This document shows, piece after piece, positions 43,475 through 54,140 of a stretch of DNA of 64,000 nt. The position numbers and the translations under genes were made by a program. Under the pieces are notes generated by a model. The model was given only the letters and a program-made list of their open reading frames with translations. It had not been told where the DNA came from and searched no databases. Positions within the stretch are counted from its first letter, which is position 1. Each line of letters begins with the position of its first letter. Origin of the DNA: an uncultured Eubacteriales bacterium (lineage in GTDB: Bacteria > Bacillota > Clostridia > Christensenellales > CAG-138); contig ONNZ01000011.1 in assembly GCA_900319345.1 (NCBI GenBank), positions 6,411 through 70,410 of the forward strand. Direction: 5' to 3'.

Positions 43475-44314
43475 ATGAAGTGTCATATTGAAAAGAATAC
43501 CGTCCAGGAGACGCTGGTCATCCCCCTGTTCGGGCGGCTGGTGTGCTCCGAACGGTTCCCGGCCCTGTTTTCGGACCCGGAGGCCAAGCGCATCTGCGAT
43601 TCTTTGGACTACGACTTCGCCGAAAAGCGGAGGAAGATGGAGTCCCCGGCGGGGCTCTTCGGGGCGCTGGAGGTGGCCCAGCGGCAGTACGACCTTCGCT
43701 GCGAGGTGGAGGCCTATTTGAAGGACCATCCCCGGGCCGCCGTGGTGAATTTGGGCTGCGGTCTCGACGACACCTTTCATAAGTGCGACAACGGCCTCTG
43801 CCGGGGCTACAATATCGACTTCCCAGACGTGATCGAGGTGCGCAATCAGCTCCTGCCGGCCATCGACAGAGAGACGAACCTGGCCTGCGATCTCAATGAC
43901 TATAGCTGGATGGAGAAGATCGACGCTTCCGACGGGGCCGTCTTCTTCGCCGCGGGCGTGTTCTATTATTTCAAGACCGAGGCCGTGCGGCGGCTCTTTG
44001 ACGCCATGGCCCGTCGCTTCCCCGGCGGGGCGTTGGCCTTCGACGCCTGCAACGCGCGGGGGGCCAAGCTCATGCGCAAGACCTGGCTCAAGGAGGCGGG
44101 GATCACCGACGTGGACGCCTTCTTCTCTCTGGAGGACGAGGGAGAGCTTCGGGGCTGGGGCGACCGGTTCGCGGCCGTCACCGCCAAGAGCTACATGCGG
44201 GGCTATCGGGACATCTATCGGGACGTGAGCCTGTTCCACAGGCTGATGATCCGCTTCTGCGACAGCCTGGTGAACATGAAGATCGTGAAGATCACGTTTA
44301 GGGAGAGCATATGA
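43475..44314 (+). CDS. class I SAM-dependent methyltransferase (LCM/TcmP-like O-methyltransferase family)
   Basis: The 279-aa ORF has VVNLGCGLDDTF (motif I), YNIDFPDVIEVRN and a C-terminal Rossmann remainder. Confidence 0.6.
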   Translation: MKCHIEKNTVQETLVIPLFGRLVCSERFPALFSDPEAKRICDSLDYDFAEKRRKMESPAGLFGALEVAQRQYDLRCEVEAYLKDHPRAAVVNLGCGLDDTFHKCDNGLCRGYNIDFPDVIEVRNQLLPAIDRETNLACDLNDYSWMEKIDASDGAVFFAAGVFYYFKTEAVRRLFDAMARRFPGGALAFDACNARGAKLMRKTWLKEAGITDVDAFFSLEDEGELRGWGDRFAAVTAKSYMRGYRDIYRDVSLFHRLMIRFCDSLVNMKIVKITFRESI

Positions 44315-44562
44315 CACGGCACGACGAGATCCGGCGCTCCTACAAGGCGCTGGGCGACATGGCCAGCATGTACGACGGGATCATCACCCGTTCCACGCTC
44401 CTGGGCAAGATCATGGACAGCCTGGTCTGGGGCCTCGACAAGGACCTGGCGGAAAGATGGGTGGAGGACGCCCTCTCGCCTGTCCCGGTGGATTTCGCCG
44501 GGAAGCTCCTGGAGGTGCCGGTGTGCACCGGGGTGCTGACCATGAGGCGCCGCAATCCGTAG
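44311..44562 (+). pseudogene. 5' fragment of a class I SAM-dependent methyltransferase, truncated just after motif I
   Basis: The 83-aa ORF reads MTRHDEIRRSYKALGDMASMYDG...GKLLEVPVCTGVLT, then RRRNP and a stop inside an inverted repeat. Full-length relatives are ~230-250 aa (from memory). Confidence 0.55.
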
Positions 44563-44600
44563 GATGAACTCCGCTACGCTCCGTTCATCCTACGGATTGC
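44552..44600. repeat. perfect 18-bp inverted repeat (gcaatccgtaggatgaac / gttcatcctacggattgc) with a 13-nt loop
   Basis: Read directly from the sequence. There is no flanking T-run on either strand. A second 9-bp hairpin follows (aacaccttg...caaggtgtt at ~44604-44632). Confidence 0.8.
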
Positions 44601-44758
44601 AAAAGAAACACCTTGCTCATGTGGAACAAGGTGTTGTGTACAAGTTTTTAGTTATTTCCTGTGTCTACTTGACAAGGGCAGAACATACGGGCCGGCTGCT
44701 GTTTTTCCTTTAGTCTTGTTCCCTGATAGGACAGTTTCAAAAAAAGCGGTATAACCCC

Positions 44759-45127
44759 TCAGCGATACTGCCGGGCGTGCTTGCGGATGGCGGCGAAGGT
44801 CTCCTCGCTCAGGTCGTGCTCGATCTCGCAGGCGTCCCGCCGGGCGGTGTCCGGGCTCACGCCCAGGCCCATGAGGAGCTCGGTCAAAAGCTTATGGCGC
44901 TCGTACATGCGCTCCGCGATCTCGAGACCGGGGGGGAGCAGCACGATCATGCCCGCCGGGTCCAGGGCGATATAGCCGCTTTCCCGGAGGCGCTTGGTGG
45001 CGTAGCTGACGCTGGGCTTGGTCACCCCCAGCTTCTCCGCCACGTCGATGGAACGGATATAGCCCCGCTCCTCCTTCAGCATGAGCATGGCTTCCAGATA
45101 ATCTTCCGCTGATTTATGTATGGTCAT
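44759..45127 (-). CDS. DtxR/MntR-family metal-dependent transcriptional repressor
   Basis: Based on ORF 44759..45208. The likely start is MTIHKSAEDYLEAMLMLKEERGYIRSIDVAEKLGVTKPSVSYATKRLRESG. It is divergent from feoA. Confidence 0.85.
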   Translation of the reverse strand: MTIHKSAEDYLEAMLMLKEERGYIRSIDVAEKLGVTKPSVSYATKRLRESGYIALDPAGMIVLLPPGLEIAERMYERHKLLTELLMGLGVSPDTARRDACEIEHDLSEETFAAIRKHARQYR

Positions 45128-45201
45128 AGTCGTCACCTCGCTTAAGGATACCATCCCCGCCGAAAAAAAGCAAGGAAAACAGAATATACATGGGTTAGTT
45201 A

Positions 45202-45255
45202 TTGACAACTACAATTAAAGGTGTTAAACTACCCGCAGGTTAGCGAGCTCTAACC
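45202..45255 (+). promoter_or_regulatory. feoA promoter (TTGACA-17-TAAACT) with operator GGTTAGCGAGCTCTAACC
   Basis: The -35 is at 45202-07 and the -10 at 45225-30. The inverted repeat GGTTAG-N6-CTAACC is at 45238-55, just downstream. Extra GGTTAG half-sites lie at 45193 and 45273. Confidence 0.5.
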
Positions 45256-45323
45256 CTTTTTATGGGCCAGGGGTTAGAGATGTTTAACAGCTACGAGCGG
45301 CCCATGAGAGAGGGGGAAAGACG

Positions 45324-45536
45324 ATGATGCCACTGGTTCTGGCAGACACAGGCGAGGAAGCCGTCATCAAGCGCGTGGGCGGCAGCCCCGAGATGAAGAA
45401 GCACCTGGAGGACATGGGCTTCGTGGCGGGCGGCGCGGTCACGGTGTTGAACACCATCGGCGGGAACCTGATCGTGAAGATCAAGGAAGCCCGGGTGGCC
45501 ATCAGCAAGGAGATGGCCGGAAAAATAATGATTTAA
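45324..45536 (+). CDS. feoA: FeoA-domain protein
   Basis: The 70-aa ORF has an SH3-like FeoA pattern (AVIKRVGGSPEMKKHLEDMGFVAGGAVTVLN...GNLIVKI). Confidence 0.85.
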   Translation: MMPLVLADTGEEAVIKRVGGSPEMKKHLEDMGFVAGGAVTVLNTIGGNLIVKIKEARVAISKEMAGKIMI

Positions 45537-45561
45537 AAAGCGAAGCAAAGGAGAAACAAGG

Positions 45562-45783
45562 ATGAAAACACTGAGAGACGTTTCTGTGGGCGACACCGTG
45601 AAGGTGGTCAAGCTCCACGGCGAGGGCGCCGTCAAGCGCCGGATCATGGACATGGGCATCACCAAGGGCGTGGAGGTCTACGTCCGGAAGCTGGCCCCCC
45701 TGGGGGACCCGGTGGAGGTCAACGTCCGGGGCTACGAGCTTTCGATCCGCAAAGCTGACGCCGAGATGATCGAGGTAGAGTAA
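45562..45783 (+). CDS. feoA: FeoA-domain protein (second copy)
   Basis: The 73-aa ORF reads VGDTVKVVKLHGEGAVKRRIMDMGITKGVEVYVRKLAPLGDPVEV. Confidence 0.85.
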   Translation: MKTLRDVSVGDTVKVVKLHGEGAVKRRIMDMGITKGVEVYVRKLAPLGDPVEVNVRGYELSIRKADAEMIEVE

Positions 45784-45798
45784 AGGAGCAGATACAGT

Positions 45799-48032
45799 AT
45801 GGATAACAAACAGATTCGCATCGCCCTGGCGGGCAACCCCAACAGCGGCAAGACCACCCTGTTCAACAAGCTGACCGGGTCCAACCAGTTCGTGGGCAAC
45901 TGGCCCGGCGTCACCGTGGAGAAGAAGGAGGGCAAGCTGATCGTAGATAAGGAGGTCATCTTGACCGACCTCCCCGGCATCTACTCCCTCTCTCCTTACA
46001 CCTTGGAGGAGGTGGTGGCCCGGAACTACCTCATCGAGGAGAAGCCAGACGCCATTTTGAACATCGTGGACGCTACCAACCTGGAGCGCAATTTGTACCT
46101 CACCACCCAGCTCACGGAGCTGGGCATCCCCGTGGTCATCGCCCTCAACATGATGGATCTCGTGAAGAAGGCGGGGGACAGCATCAACGTGAAGGAGCTC
46201 TCCCGGCAGCTGGGCTGCAAGATCGTGGAGATCTCCGCCCTCAAGGGCGACGGGGTCAAGGAAGCGGCGCTCGCCGCCATCGAGACCGCCAAGAACGGCA
46301 AGACCATCCCCCAGCACAGCTTCTCCGGCCCGGTGGAGCACGCCCTCGCGCACATCGAGGAGGTCACCGTCCACAACCTGCCCGAAGAGCAGCAGCGCTG
46401 GTACGCCATCAAGGTCTTCGAACGGGACGAGAAGGTCATGGACCAGCTGAAGATCCCCGCGGACGTGCGGGCCCACATCGAGAAGGACATCGCCGCCGCC
46501 GAGAAGGAGCTGGACGACGATGCGGAGAGCATCATCACCAACGAGCGCTACGTGTACATCGGCCAGACGCTCAAGGGCATCTATAGGAAGAAAGGGAAGG
46601 GGCAGCTGTCCATCTCCGACAAGATCGACAAGATCGTCACCAACCGCATCCTGGCCCTGCCCATCTTCGCGGCGGTCATGTTCCTGGTCTACGCCCTGGC
46701 CATGGGCAAGTCCATTGCGGACGGCGGCATCTCCCTCGGCACCTTCCTCACCGACTGGGCCAACGATGTGCTGGGCGGCGCCTGGCTCACTGACGGCTCA
46801 AGGGCCATCCTGGAGGGCTGGGGCGTGGCGCCCTGGCTGGTGGGTCTCATCTCTGACGGCATCTTCGCCGGCGTCGGCGCGGTGCTGGGTTTCGTGCCCC
46901 AGATGCTGGTCCTGTTCCTGATGCTGTGCCTTTTGGAGGACTGCGGCTACATGGCCCGTATCGCCTTCATCATGGACCGTATCTTCCGCCGCTTCGGCCT
47001 CTCCGGCAAGAGCTTCATCCCCATGCTGGTGGGCATGGGCTGCGGCGTGCCGGGCGTCATGGCCACTCGTACCATCGAGAATGAGCGTGACCGCCGCATG
47101 ACCATCATGACCACCACCTTCATCCCCTGCGGCGCCAAGATGCCCATCATCGGTCTCATTGCCGGCGCCCTCTTCGGCGGCAGCACTTGGATCGCCGTTT
47201 CCGCCTACTTCATCGGCATCGCGGCCATCGTCGTTTCCGGCATCATACTAAAGAAGACGAAGATGTTCGCCGGCGACCCGGCTCCTTTCGTCATGGAGCT
47301 GCCCGCCTACCATCTGCCCGCCTGGGGCAACGTGCTCAGGGGCACCTGGGAGCGGGGCTGGTCCTTCATCAAGCGGGCCGGTACCGTCATCGTGATCTCC
47401 TCCATCGTCATCTGGTTCCTTACCAGCTTCGGTTCCGTCAACGGCCACTTCGGCATGGTGGACGATCTCTATGCGGATGAAACCGTCGTCACCGACGAAT
47501 ACGTGGCCCAGGTGGCCGACCGCATGGGCATCCCCGAGGACGAGGTGGAGCCCATGGACGAGGCGACTGGAAACCCACCGCCGCCACGGTCACCGGTCTC
47601 GTGGCCAAGGAGGAGGTCGTGGCCAACTTCGGCATCATGTACGCCTATGACGACCAGGAGGGCGAGGAAGAGCTGGAGGAGAACGGCGACCAGATCTGGG
47701 ATCGGGTGGCCGACGACTTCAACGCCTTCTCCGGCGGCCACGGGAAGCTGGCGGCCTTCGCCTTCATGATCTTCAACCTCCTGTGCGCCCCCTGCTTCGC
47801 GGCCATTGGCGCCATCAAGCGAGAGATGAACAGTCCCAAGTGGACCTGGTTCGCCATCGCCTATCAGTGCGGCTTCGCCTGGGTCATAGCCTTCATCGTC
47901 TGGCAGGTGGGCCGGCTCTTCGCAGGCGGCATGAACATCGTGGGCCTCGTTCTGGCCCTCGTGATGCTGGCTCTGCTCTGCTGGCAGCTCTTCAAGCCCT
48001 ATCAGGAAGCCCAGAAGCTGACCGTGAAATAA
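45799..48032 (+). pseudogene. feoB: ferrous iron transporter FeoB, interrupted by an apparent 1-nt frameshift near 47,560-47,575
   Basis: ORF 45799..47769 has the G-domain (ALAGNPNSGKTTLFN, DLPGIYSL, NMMD) and the membrane domain. It degenerates into a Pro/Arg/Ser-rich tail. The authentic C-terminus (..DWKPTAATVTGLVAKEEVVANFGIMY...CAPCFAAIGAIKREM...) continues in the frame of ORF 47601..48032. That frame is open from 47481. Confidence 0.8.
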
Positions 48033-48127
48033 CTTGGCCCCCCATCCCATGATAGCGGCAGCGCGGCGAGATAAGGCACCTTTCATCCTCGCTGCGCTGC
48101 CCCTCCTGAAAAGAAGGAAGTGATCCT

Positions 48128-48340
48128 ATGCTTGCCTGGCTTTCCGCCAATCTGATCAATATCACCCTGATCGCCGCCGTCGCGCTGATCGTGTTCCTGC
48201 TGATCCGCGTCATGGTCCGGGACCGCAGGGCGGGCAAGGCACCCTGCGGCGGCAACTGCGCCTCCTGCGGCGCCTGCCGCGACTGCGCCTCCTGCGGCAG
48301 CTGCGCCGCCGCCAAGGAGAAGACGACGGCCCATCGCTGA
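48128..48340 (+). CDS. FeoB-associated Cys-rich membrane protein
   Basis: The 70-aa ORF has one TM helix, then GKAPCGGNCASCGACRDCASCGSC. Confidence 0.8.
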   Translation: MLAWLSANLINITLIAAVALIVFLLIRVMVRDRRAGKAPCGGNCASCGACRDCASCGSCAAAKEKTTAHR

Positions 48341-48357
48341 CGCCATCGGAAACGAAA

Positions 48358-48384
48358 GGGACTGCCTCATAACGAGGCAGTCCC
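48358..48384 (+). terminator. terminator of the feo operon
   Basis: An 11-bp stem gggactgcctc/gaggcagtccc lies 18 nt after the stop. The T-tail is weak. Confidence 0.55.
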
Positions 48385-48783
48385 TTGTCATATGGAGCGC
48401 TCCAAGAGATTTCTGCCGCAAGGCAGAAAGGCAGACGAGGGCACAGGCCGTCAGGAAGGTTGGCAGAAGCCGTTTTCTCCGCGTCCGAGCTATAGTTCGC
48501 TATGCGAAGGGCCGGAAAAACGGCTAATTTGCGGCATATAAAAATGGGAAAGGACGCAGCTATGCATGCCTCTCCCCAATAAATCCAACAGAGATTATTC
48601 CGCTTTTCCACAAAAAAGTTTTGTGGACGAGGAAGACCGGGCGGACGTGGGACATGGAGCCGCCGGTTTCGCCGTTCTCTGCAAAATGGGTCTTCATTTT
48701 CTCAGCTTTCCGTGATACAATCAAATATCATCGGCCGTATCGTGTCCGGCCGGACGACGAGCGCTTTTCAGGAGGCGATACCT

Positions 48784-49512
48784 ATGACTATTGTTGAGGC
48801 CTTGACGGGGCACTTCTCCCTCTGGCAGTACGCCGAGTTCTTCCTCCGGGTGCTGATGTCCTGCGGTTGCGGGGCTGCCATCGGATACGAGCGCAGCAAG
48901 CGGCTGAAGGAGGCGGGCATCCGGACCCACATCATCGTGTGCTGCGCGGCGGCGCTGACCATGATCGTCTCCAAATACGGCTTCGCGGACCTGGTGGGCC
49001 CCGACGGCGGTGGGCTCTACGGCACCAAGGGCACGGACCCGGCCCGGCTGGCGGCCCAGATCATCAGCGGCGTCTCCTTCCTGGGGGCGGGCATCATCTT
49101 TCGCAACGGCAACTCCATCAAGGGCCTGACCACGGCGGCGGGCATTTGGGCCACCGCGGGGATCGGCCTGGCCATCGGGGCGGGCATGTACGTCATCGGC
49201 GTCTTCTCCACGGCGGTGGTGGCCGCCATCCAGATCCTGACCCACAAGTTCACCGTGGGCGTGGACTCCATGGTGGTGGGCCGGCTGCACTGCGTGGTGA
49301 GCCATTCGGCTGAGTTCCGCAAGGTGTTGAACGAGTACATCGAGGAACACGGCATGCAGATCCTGGAGGTGAAGATCGACCTGCTGGAGGACGGCAGCGC
49401 CGCCTACAACCTAACGCTGCGCATGCGCCACGACGTGACGGTCAACGATCTGTCGGAGTTTTTGGAATCCGTCGGCGACGTGCGGGCGGTCAGCTTCGAG
49501 CTGGGCATCTGA
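48784..49512 (+). CDS. MgtC/SapB-family membrane protein
   Basis: The start MTIVEAL follows CAGGAGG. Matches include CGCGAAIGYERS, GIRTHIIVC and GVSFLGAGIIF, plus a C-terminal ACT-like domain. Confidence 0.85.
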   Translation: MTIVEALTGHFSLWQYAEFFLRVLMSCGCGAAIGYERSKRLKEAGIRTHIIVCCAAALTMIVSKYGFADLVGPDGGGLYGTKGTDPARLAAQIISGVSFLGAGIIFRNGNSIKGLTTAAGIWATAGIGLAIGAGMYVIGVFSTAVVAAIQILTHKFTVGVDSMVVGRLHCVVSHSAEFRKVLNEYIEEHGMQILEVKIDLLEDGSAAYNLTLRMRHDVTVNDLSEFLESVGDVRAVSFELGI

Positions 49513-49604
49513 CCAGCGCAAGGACTATGGACGAAATCGGGATATAACTGCACAGCCCCGCGGCGGGGAAGCCCCTGCCGCAAAGAAAGGAGAAAGGAAA
49601 AGAT

Positions 49605-50447
49605 ATGGTATCGACGGAAAAGAAAGCGCTGCAGGCCTTTGCCGTCCGCATCCGCATGGCGCTGGTGGAGGCGATCCACTCCATCGGCTCCGGCCACGTG
49701 GGCGGGGCGATGAGCATCGCGGACGTGCTGGCCGTCCTCTACGGCCGGGAGATGAACGTGCGGCCGGAGGACCCCCAGTGGCCGGACAGGGACTACCTGG
49801 CGGTGTCCAAGGGCCACGCCGGCCCCGCGGTCTACGGGACGTTGGCGTTGAAGGGCTACTTCCCCTATGAGGAGCTGAAGACCCTGAACCAGGGCGGCAC
49901 TCGGCTCCCCAGCCACTGCGATCGGAACAAGACCCCCGGCATCGACGTGACCACGGGCTCCCTGGGCCAGGGCGCCTCCCAGGCCGCGGGTTTGGCTCTT
50001 GGGAACCGGCTCAAGGGCCGGAAGAACCGGGTGTTCCTCATCGTGGGCGACGGCGAGCTGGACGAGGGCCAGTGCTGGGAAGCTTTCTCCTTCGCCGCAG
50101 CCAAGAAGCTTTCTAACCTGGTGGTCCTCATCGACTGGAACAAGAAGCAGCTGGACGGCCGGGTGGACGAGATACTGCCCCTCGGCGACATCGCCGCCAA
50201 GATGGAGGCCTTCGGCTTCGACACCGTCAAGGTGGACGGCGGGGACGTGGAAGCTATCGCCGGGGCCCTGGAACGAACACGGCAGGGGGGCGACAAGCCC
50301 TACGCCATCGTGCTCGACACGGTGAAAGGACACGGCGTGGCGGAAGCAGAGAACACGGAGATGAACCACAGCATGCCCATCAACGACGAGCGGTACGCCC
50401 GCTGGATGGCTGAGTTGCAGGCGGACCTGGCCGCATTGGAGGGATGA
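49605..50447 (+). CDS. transketolase, N-terminal (thiamine-diphosphate binding) subunit
   Basis: The 280-aa ORF has SGHVGGAMSIADVLAVLY and GDGELDEGQCWEA. Confidence 0.9.
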   Translation: MVSTEKKALQAFAVRIRMALVEAIHSIGSGHVGGAMSIADVLAVLYGREMNVRPEDPQWPDRDYLAVSKGHAGPAVYGTLALKGYFPYEELKTLNQGGTRLPSHCDRNKTPGIDVTTGSLGQGASQAAGLALGNRLKGRKNRVFLIVGDGELDEGQCWEAFSFAAAKKLSNLVVLIDWNKKQLDGRVDEILPLGDIAAKMEAFGFDTVKVDGGDVEAIAGALERTRQGGDKPYAIVLDTVKGHGVAEAENTEMNHSMPINDERYARWMAELQADLAALEG

Positions 50448-51415
50448 CTATGAAGATCGCATATACCGGTGAAATGGACAAGCGCCTCTGCAAGGAGGTC
50501 ATCGGGGCCACCATCGAAAAGCTGGTGACCGAGGATGAGAACGTGGTGTATCTGGACGCGGACCTCATGAGCTGCTGCGGCACCCTGAAGTGGGCCAAGC
50601 AGAACCCGGAGCGGGCCATCGACTGCGGCATCGCCGAGAGCAACATGGCCGGCGTGGCCGCAGGCCTGGCCGTGGCGGGCTATCGGCCCATCATCCACTC
50701 CTTCGGCACCTTCGCGTCCCGGCGCTGCTACGACCAGATCTTCCTTTCCGGCGGCTACGGTATGAACGATATCACGGTGATCGGCACCGATCCCGGCGTG
50801 ACGGCGGCCATGAACGGCGGCACCCACATGCCCTTCGAGGACGTGGCCCTCTACAGCGTCCTGCCCGGCAGCACCGTCATCGACGCCTCCGATCCCACCT
50901 GCCTCGAGAGCGTGCTCAAGCAGTGCGTCTATCGTCCGGGGATCAAGTACATCCGGGTGAGCCGCAAGCAGCTGGCTAAGGTATACGAGGACGGGGCCGA
51001 GCTGCCCATCGGCAAGGCCGTGACCCTGCGGGAGGGCGCCCACGCGGTGATCTTCGCCGCCGGCATCATGCTCCACGAGGCCATGCAGGCCGCCCTGTCC
51101 CTGGAGAAGCAGGGCCTGTCCGTGGCGGTGGTGGACTGCTTCACCATCAAGCCCCTGGACCGGGAGGCCGTGATCGATTGGGCCCGGAAGACCGGCGCCG
51201 TGGTGGTGGCGGAGAACGCCAACCGGCACGGCGGTCTCTATACGGCGGTGCTGGAAGCCCTGGCTGAAAGCTGCCCCGTGCCCGCCGCCTGCGTGGCCGT
51301 GGAGGACGAGTTCGGCGAGGTGGGTTCCCAGGGGTACCTGCAGAAGCGGTTCGGCCTGACGGCGGCCCACATCGAGGAGCAGATTAAATCCGTCGTCGCG
51401 AGAAAGAAAGCCTGA
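50444..51415 (+). CDS. transketolase, C-terminal (pyrimidine-binding) subunit
   Basis: The 323-aa ORF overlaps the upstream subunit by 4 nt. It has GIAESNMAGVAAGLA and FTIKPLD. Confidence 0.9.
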   Translation: MTMKIAYTGEMDKRLCKEVIGATIEKLVTEDENVVYLDADLMSCCGTLKWAKQNPERAIDCGIAESNMAGVAAGLAVAGYRPIIHSFGTFASRRCYDQIFLSGGYGMNDITVIGTDPGVTAAMNGGTHMPFEDVALYSVLPGSTVIDASDPTCLESVLKQCVYRPGIKYIRVSRKQLAKVYEDGAELPIGKAVTLREGAHAVIFAAGIMLHEAMQAALSLEKQGLSVAVVDCFTIKPLDREAVIDWARKTGAVVVAENANRHGGLYTAVLEALAESCPVPAACVAVEDEFGEVGSQGYLQKRFGLTAAHIEEQIKSVVARKKA

Positions 51416-52668
51416 TGAAGCTGACCTTTGGCTATGGCGACGGCGTCCAGGAGGTGGAGGTCCCCGAGAGGAATCTAATGGGGGAGCTCCACGCCAACCC
51501 CGTGCCCCTGGGCCTCACCGGCGAGGCGGAGGTAGCCCGGGCCCTGCAGGAGCCCATGGGCGCCCCTCGGCTTCGGGACATGGTCCGCCCCGGGGAGACC
51601 GTAGCCATCGTCACCAGCGACATCACCCGACCTATGCCTACGGCCAGGGTCATGCCCCTGCTGCTGGACGAGCTCTATCTGGGCGGCGTCCGGCCGGAGG
51701 ACATCACCCTGGTCTTTGCGTTGGGGAGCCATCGGCCCCACACGGTGGCGGAGCGGCGGAAGCTGGCCGGAGAGCGGGCCTTCTCCGAGATCCGCTGCGT
51801 GGACAGCGACCCCGACGACTGCGTCCGTTTCGGCGTCACCTCCCGGGGCACCCCCGTGGACGTGACCCGGATCGTGGCGGAGGCGGATCGGCGCGTCTGC
51901 CTGGGCAACATCGAATACCACTATTTCGCCGGGTACTCCGGCGGGGCCAAGGCCATCATGCCCGGCGTGTCCAGCCGGGCCGCCATCCAATCGAACCACA
52001 GCCGCATGGTCCTGCCTGAATGCTGCGCCGGGGCCCTGGAGACCAACCCCCTGCGTATGGACATCGAGGAGGCCGGGGCCATGGTGGGCATCGACTTCAT
52101 CTTGAACGTGGTCCTTTCGGAGCACAAGGAGATATTGCGGGCGGTGGCGGGGGACCCGTTGGCCGCCCATCGGGCGGGCTGCGCCTTCCTGGACACCCTG
52201 TACCGGAAGGAGCTCCCTGAGGCGGCGGACATCGTCCTGGTCTCCCAGGGCGGCACCCCCAAGGACCTGAACCTGTATCAGACCCAGAAGGCTCTCGATA
52301 ACGCCAGCCACGCCGTGCGAGACGGGGGGATCATCATCCTCATGGGCTCCTGCCGGGAGGGCCTGGGGGAGAGGACCTTCGAGGAATGGATGACCACCGC
52401 GCCCACGGCCCGTTCTCTCATCGACCGCATCCAAAGGGAATTCAAGCTGGGCGGCCACAAGGCCGCGGCCATTGCCATGGTGCTGGAGAGGGCGGAGGTG
52501 GATTTGGTGAGCGAGCTGGATGCCGATTTGGTCCGGTCCCTGTTCCTGGTGCCCCAGCCCTCGGCCCAGGCGGCCCTGGACCACGCCTTCCAAAAGCTGG
52601 GCCCGGACGCCCGGGTCCTCAGCATGCCCTGCGGCGGCTCCACGCTGCCCACCGTCATTTCGAGATAA
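51415..52668 (+). CDS. LarA-family nickel-pincer-dependent 2-hydroxyacid racemase/epimerase
   Basis: The 417-aa ORF has AIVTSDITRPMP, IEYHYFAGYSGGAK and TQKAL. These match LarA (DUF2088) signatures as I recall them. Confidence 0.75.
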   Translation: MKLTFGYGDGVQEVEVPERNLMGELHANPVPLGLTGEAEVARALQEPMGAPRLRDMVRPGETVAIVTSDITRPMPTARVMPLLLDELYLGGVRPEDITLVFALGSHRPHTVAERRKLAGERAFSEIRCVDSDPDDCVRFGVTSRGTPVDVTRIVAEADRRVCLGNIEYHYFAGYSGGAKAIMPGVSSRAAIQSNHSRMVLPECCAGALETNPLRMDIEEAGAMVGIDFILNVVLSEHKEILRAVAGDPLAAHRAGCAFLDTLYRKELPEAADIVLVSQGGTPKDLNLYQTQKALDNASHAVRDGGIIILMGSCREGLGERTFEEWMTTAPTARSLIDRIQREFKLGGHKAAAIAMVLERAEVDLVSELDADLVRSLFLVPQPSAQAALDHAFQKLGPDARVLSMPCGGSTLPTVISR

Positions 52669-52681
52669 ACAGGAGAAAAAT

Positions 52682-53851
<1,170 letters not shown>

Positions 53852-53954
53852 AGCGAAAAAGCTTGCCGGGCAGACCAAACGGCCGCGGGCAAGCTTCTGT
53901 ATATAGTCCCATCCGCTTGACAGCGATAAACGGAAAGGGATATAATACAGTAAA

Positions 53955-54140
53955 ATTGAATACAGCAGTCGGTGCCTTTGCCGCCATCGGGGGCAAGGGG
54001 TAAAAGGGAAACAGGTGCAAGGCCTGTGCGATCTCGTCACTGTATGCGGAAAAGCTCATCCTGCGCCACGGGCGCGGCCACTGGGAGACCGGGAAGGCGA
54101 TGGGCGAAACGCCGCGAGCCAGGAAACCTGCCGTCTGTCG
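53955..54140 (+). ncRNA. cobalamin (B12) riboswitch
   Basis: Matches include GGTGCC...AAAAGGGAAACAGGTGCAA..CCTGT...TCACTGT and GCCACTGGGAGACCGGGAAGGC. The B12-box-like AGCCAGGAAACCTGCC is also present. A TATAAT lies at 53941. It is ~190 nt upstream of the CbiK-like gene. Boundaries are approximate. Confidence 0.8.

Noticed and set aside
42626-44317. 563-aa ORF on the minus strand
   Set aside because: It spans three well-supported plus-strand genes (HMA, ZIP, methyltransferase) in antisense. No motifs and a shadow-ORF composition.
47601-48032. Stand-alone 143-aa gene
   Set aside because: Its frame is open and FeoB-like well upstream of the first ATG (from 47481). It is the displaced C-terminus of feoB, not an independent gene.
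48385-48783. Mg2+ (M-box) or other riboswitch upstream of mgtC
   Set aside because: The 400-nt lower-GC leader is suggestive, but I could not find M-box conserved elements by eye. The minus-strand ORF 48210..48611 there also has no coding features. It is left unannotated, and a covariance-model scan would settle it.
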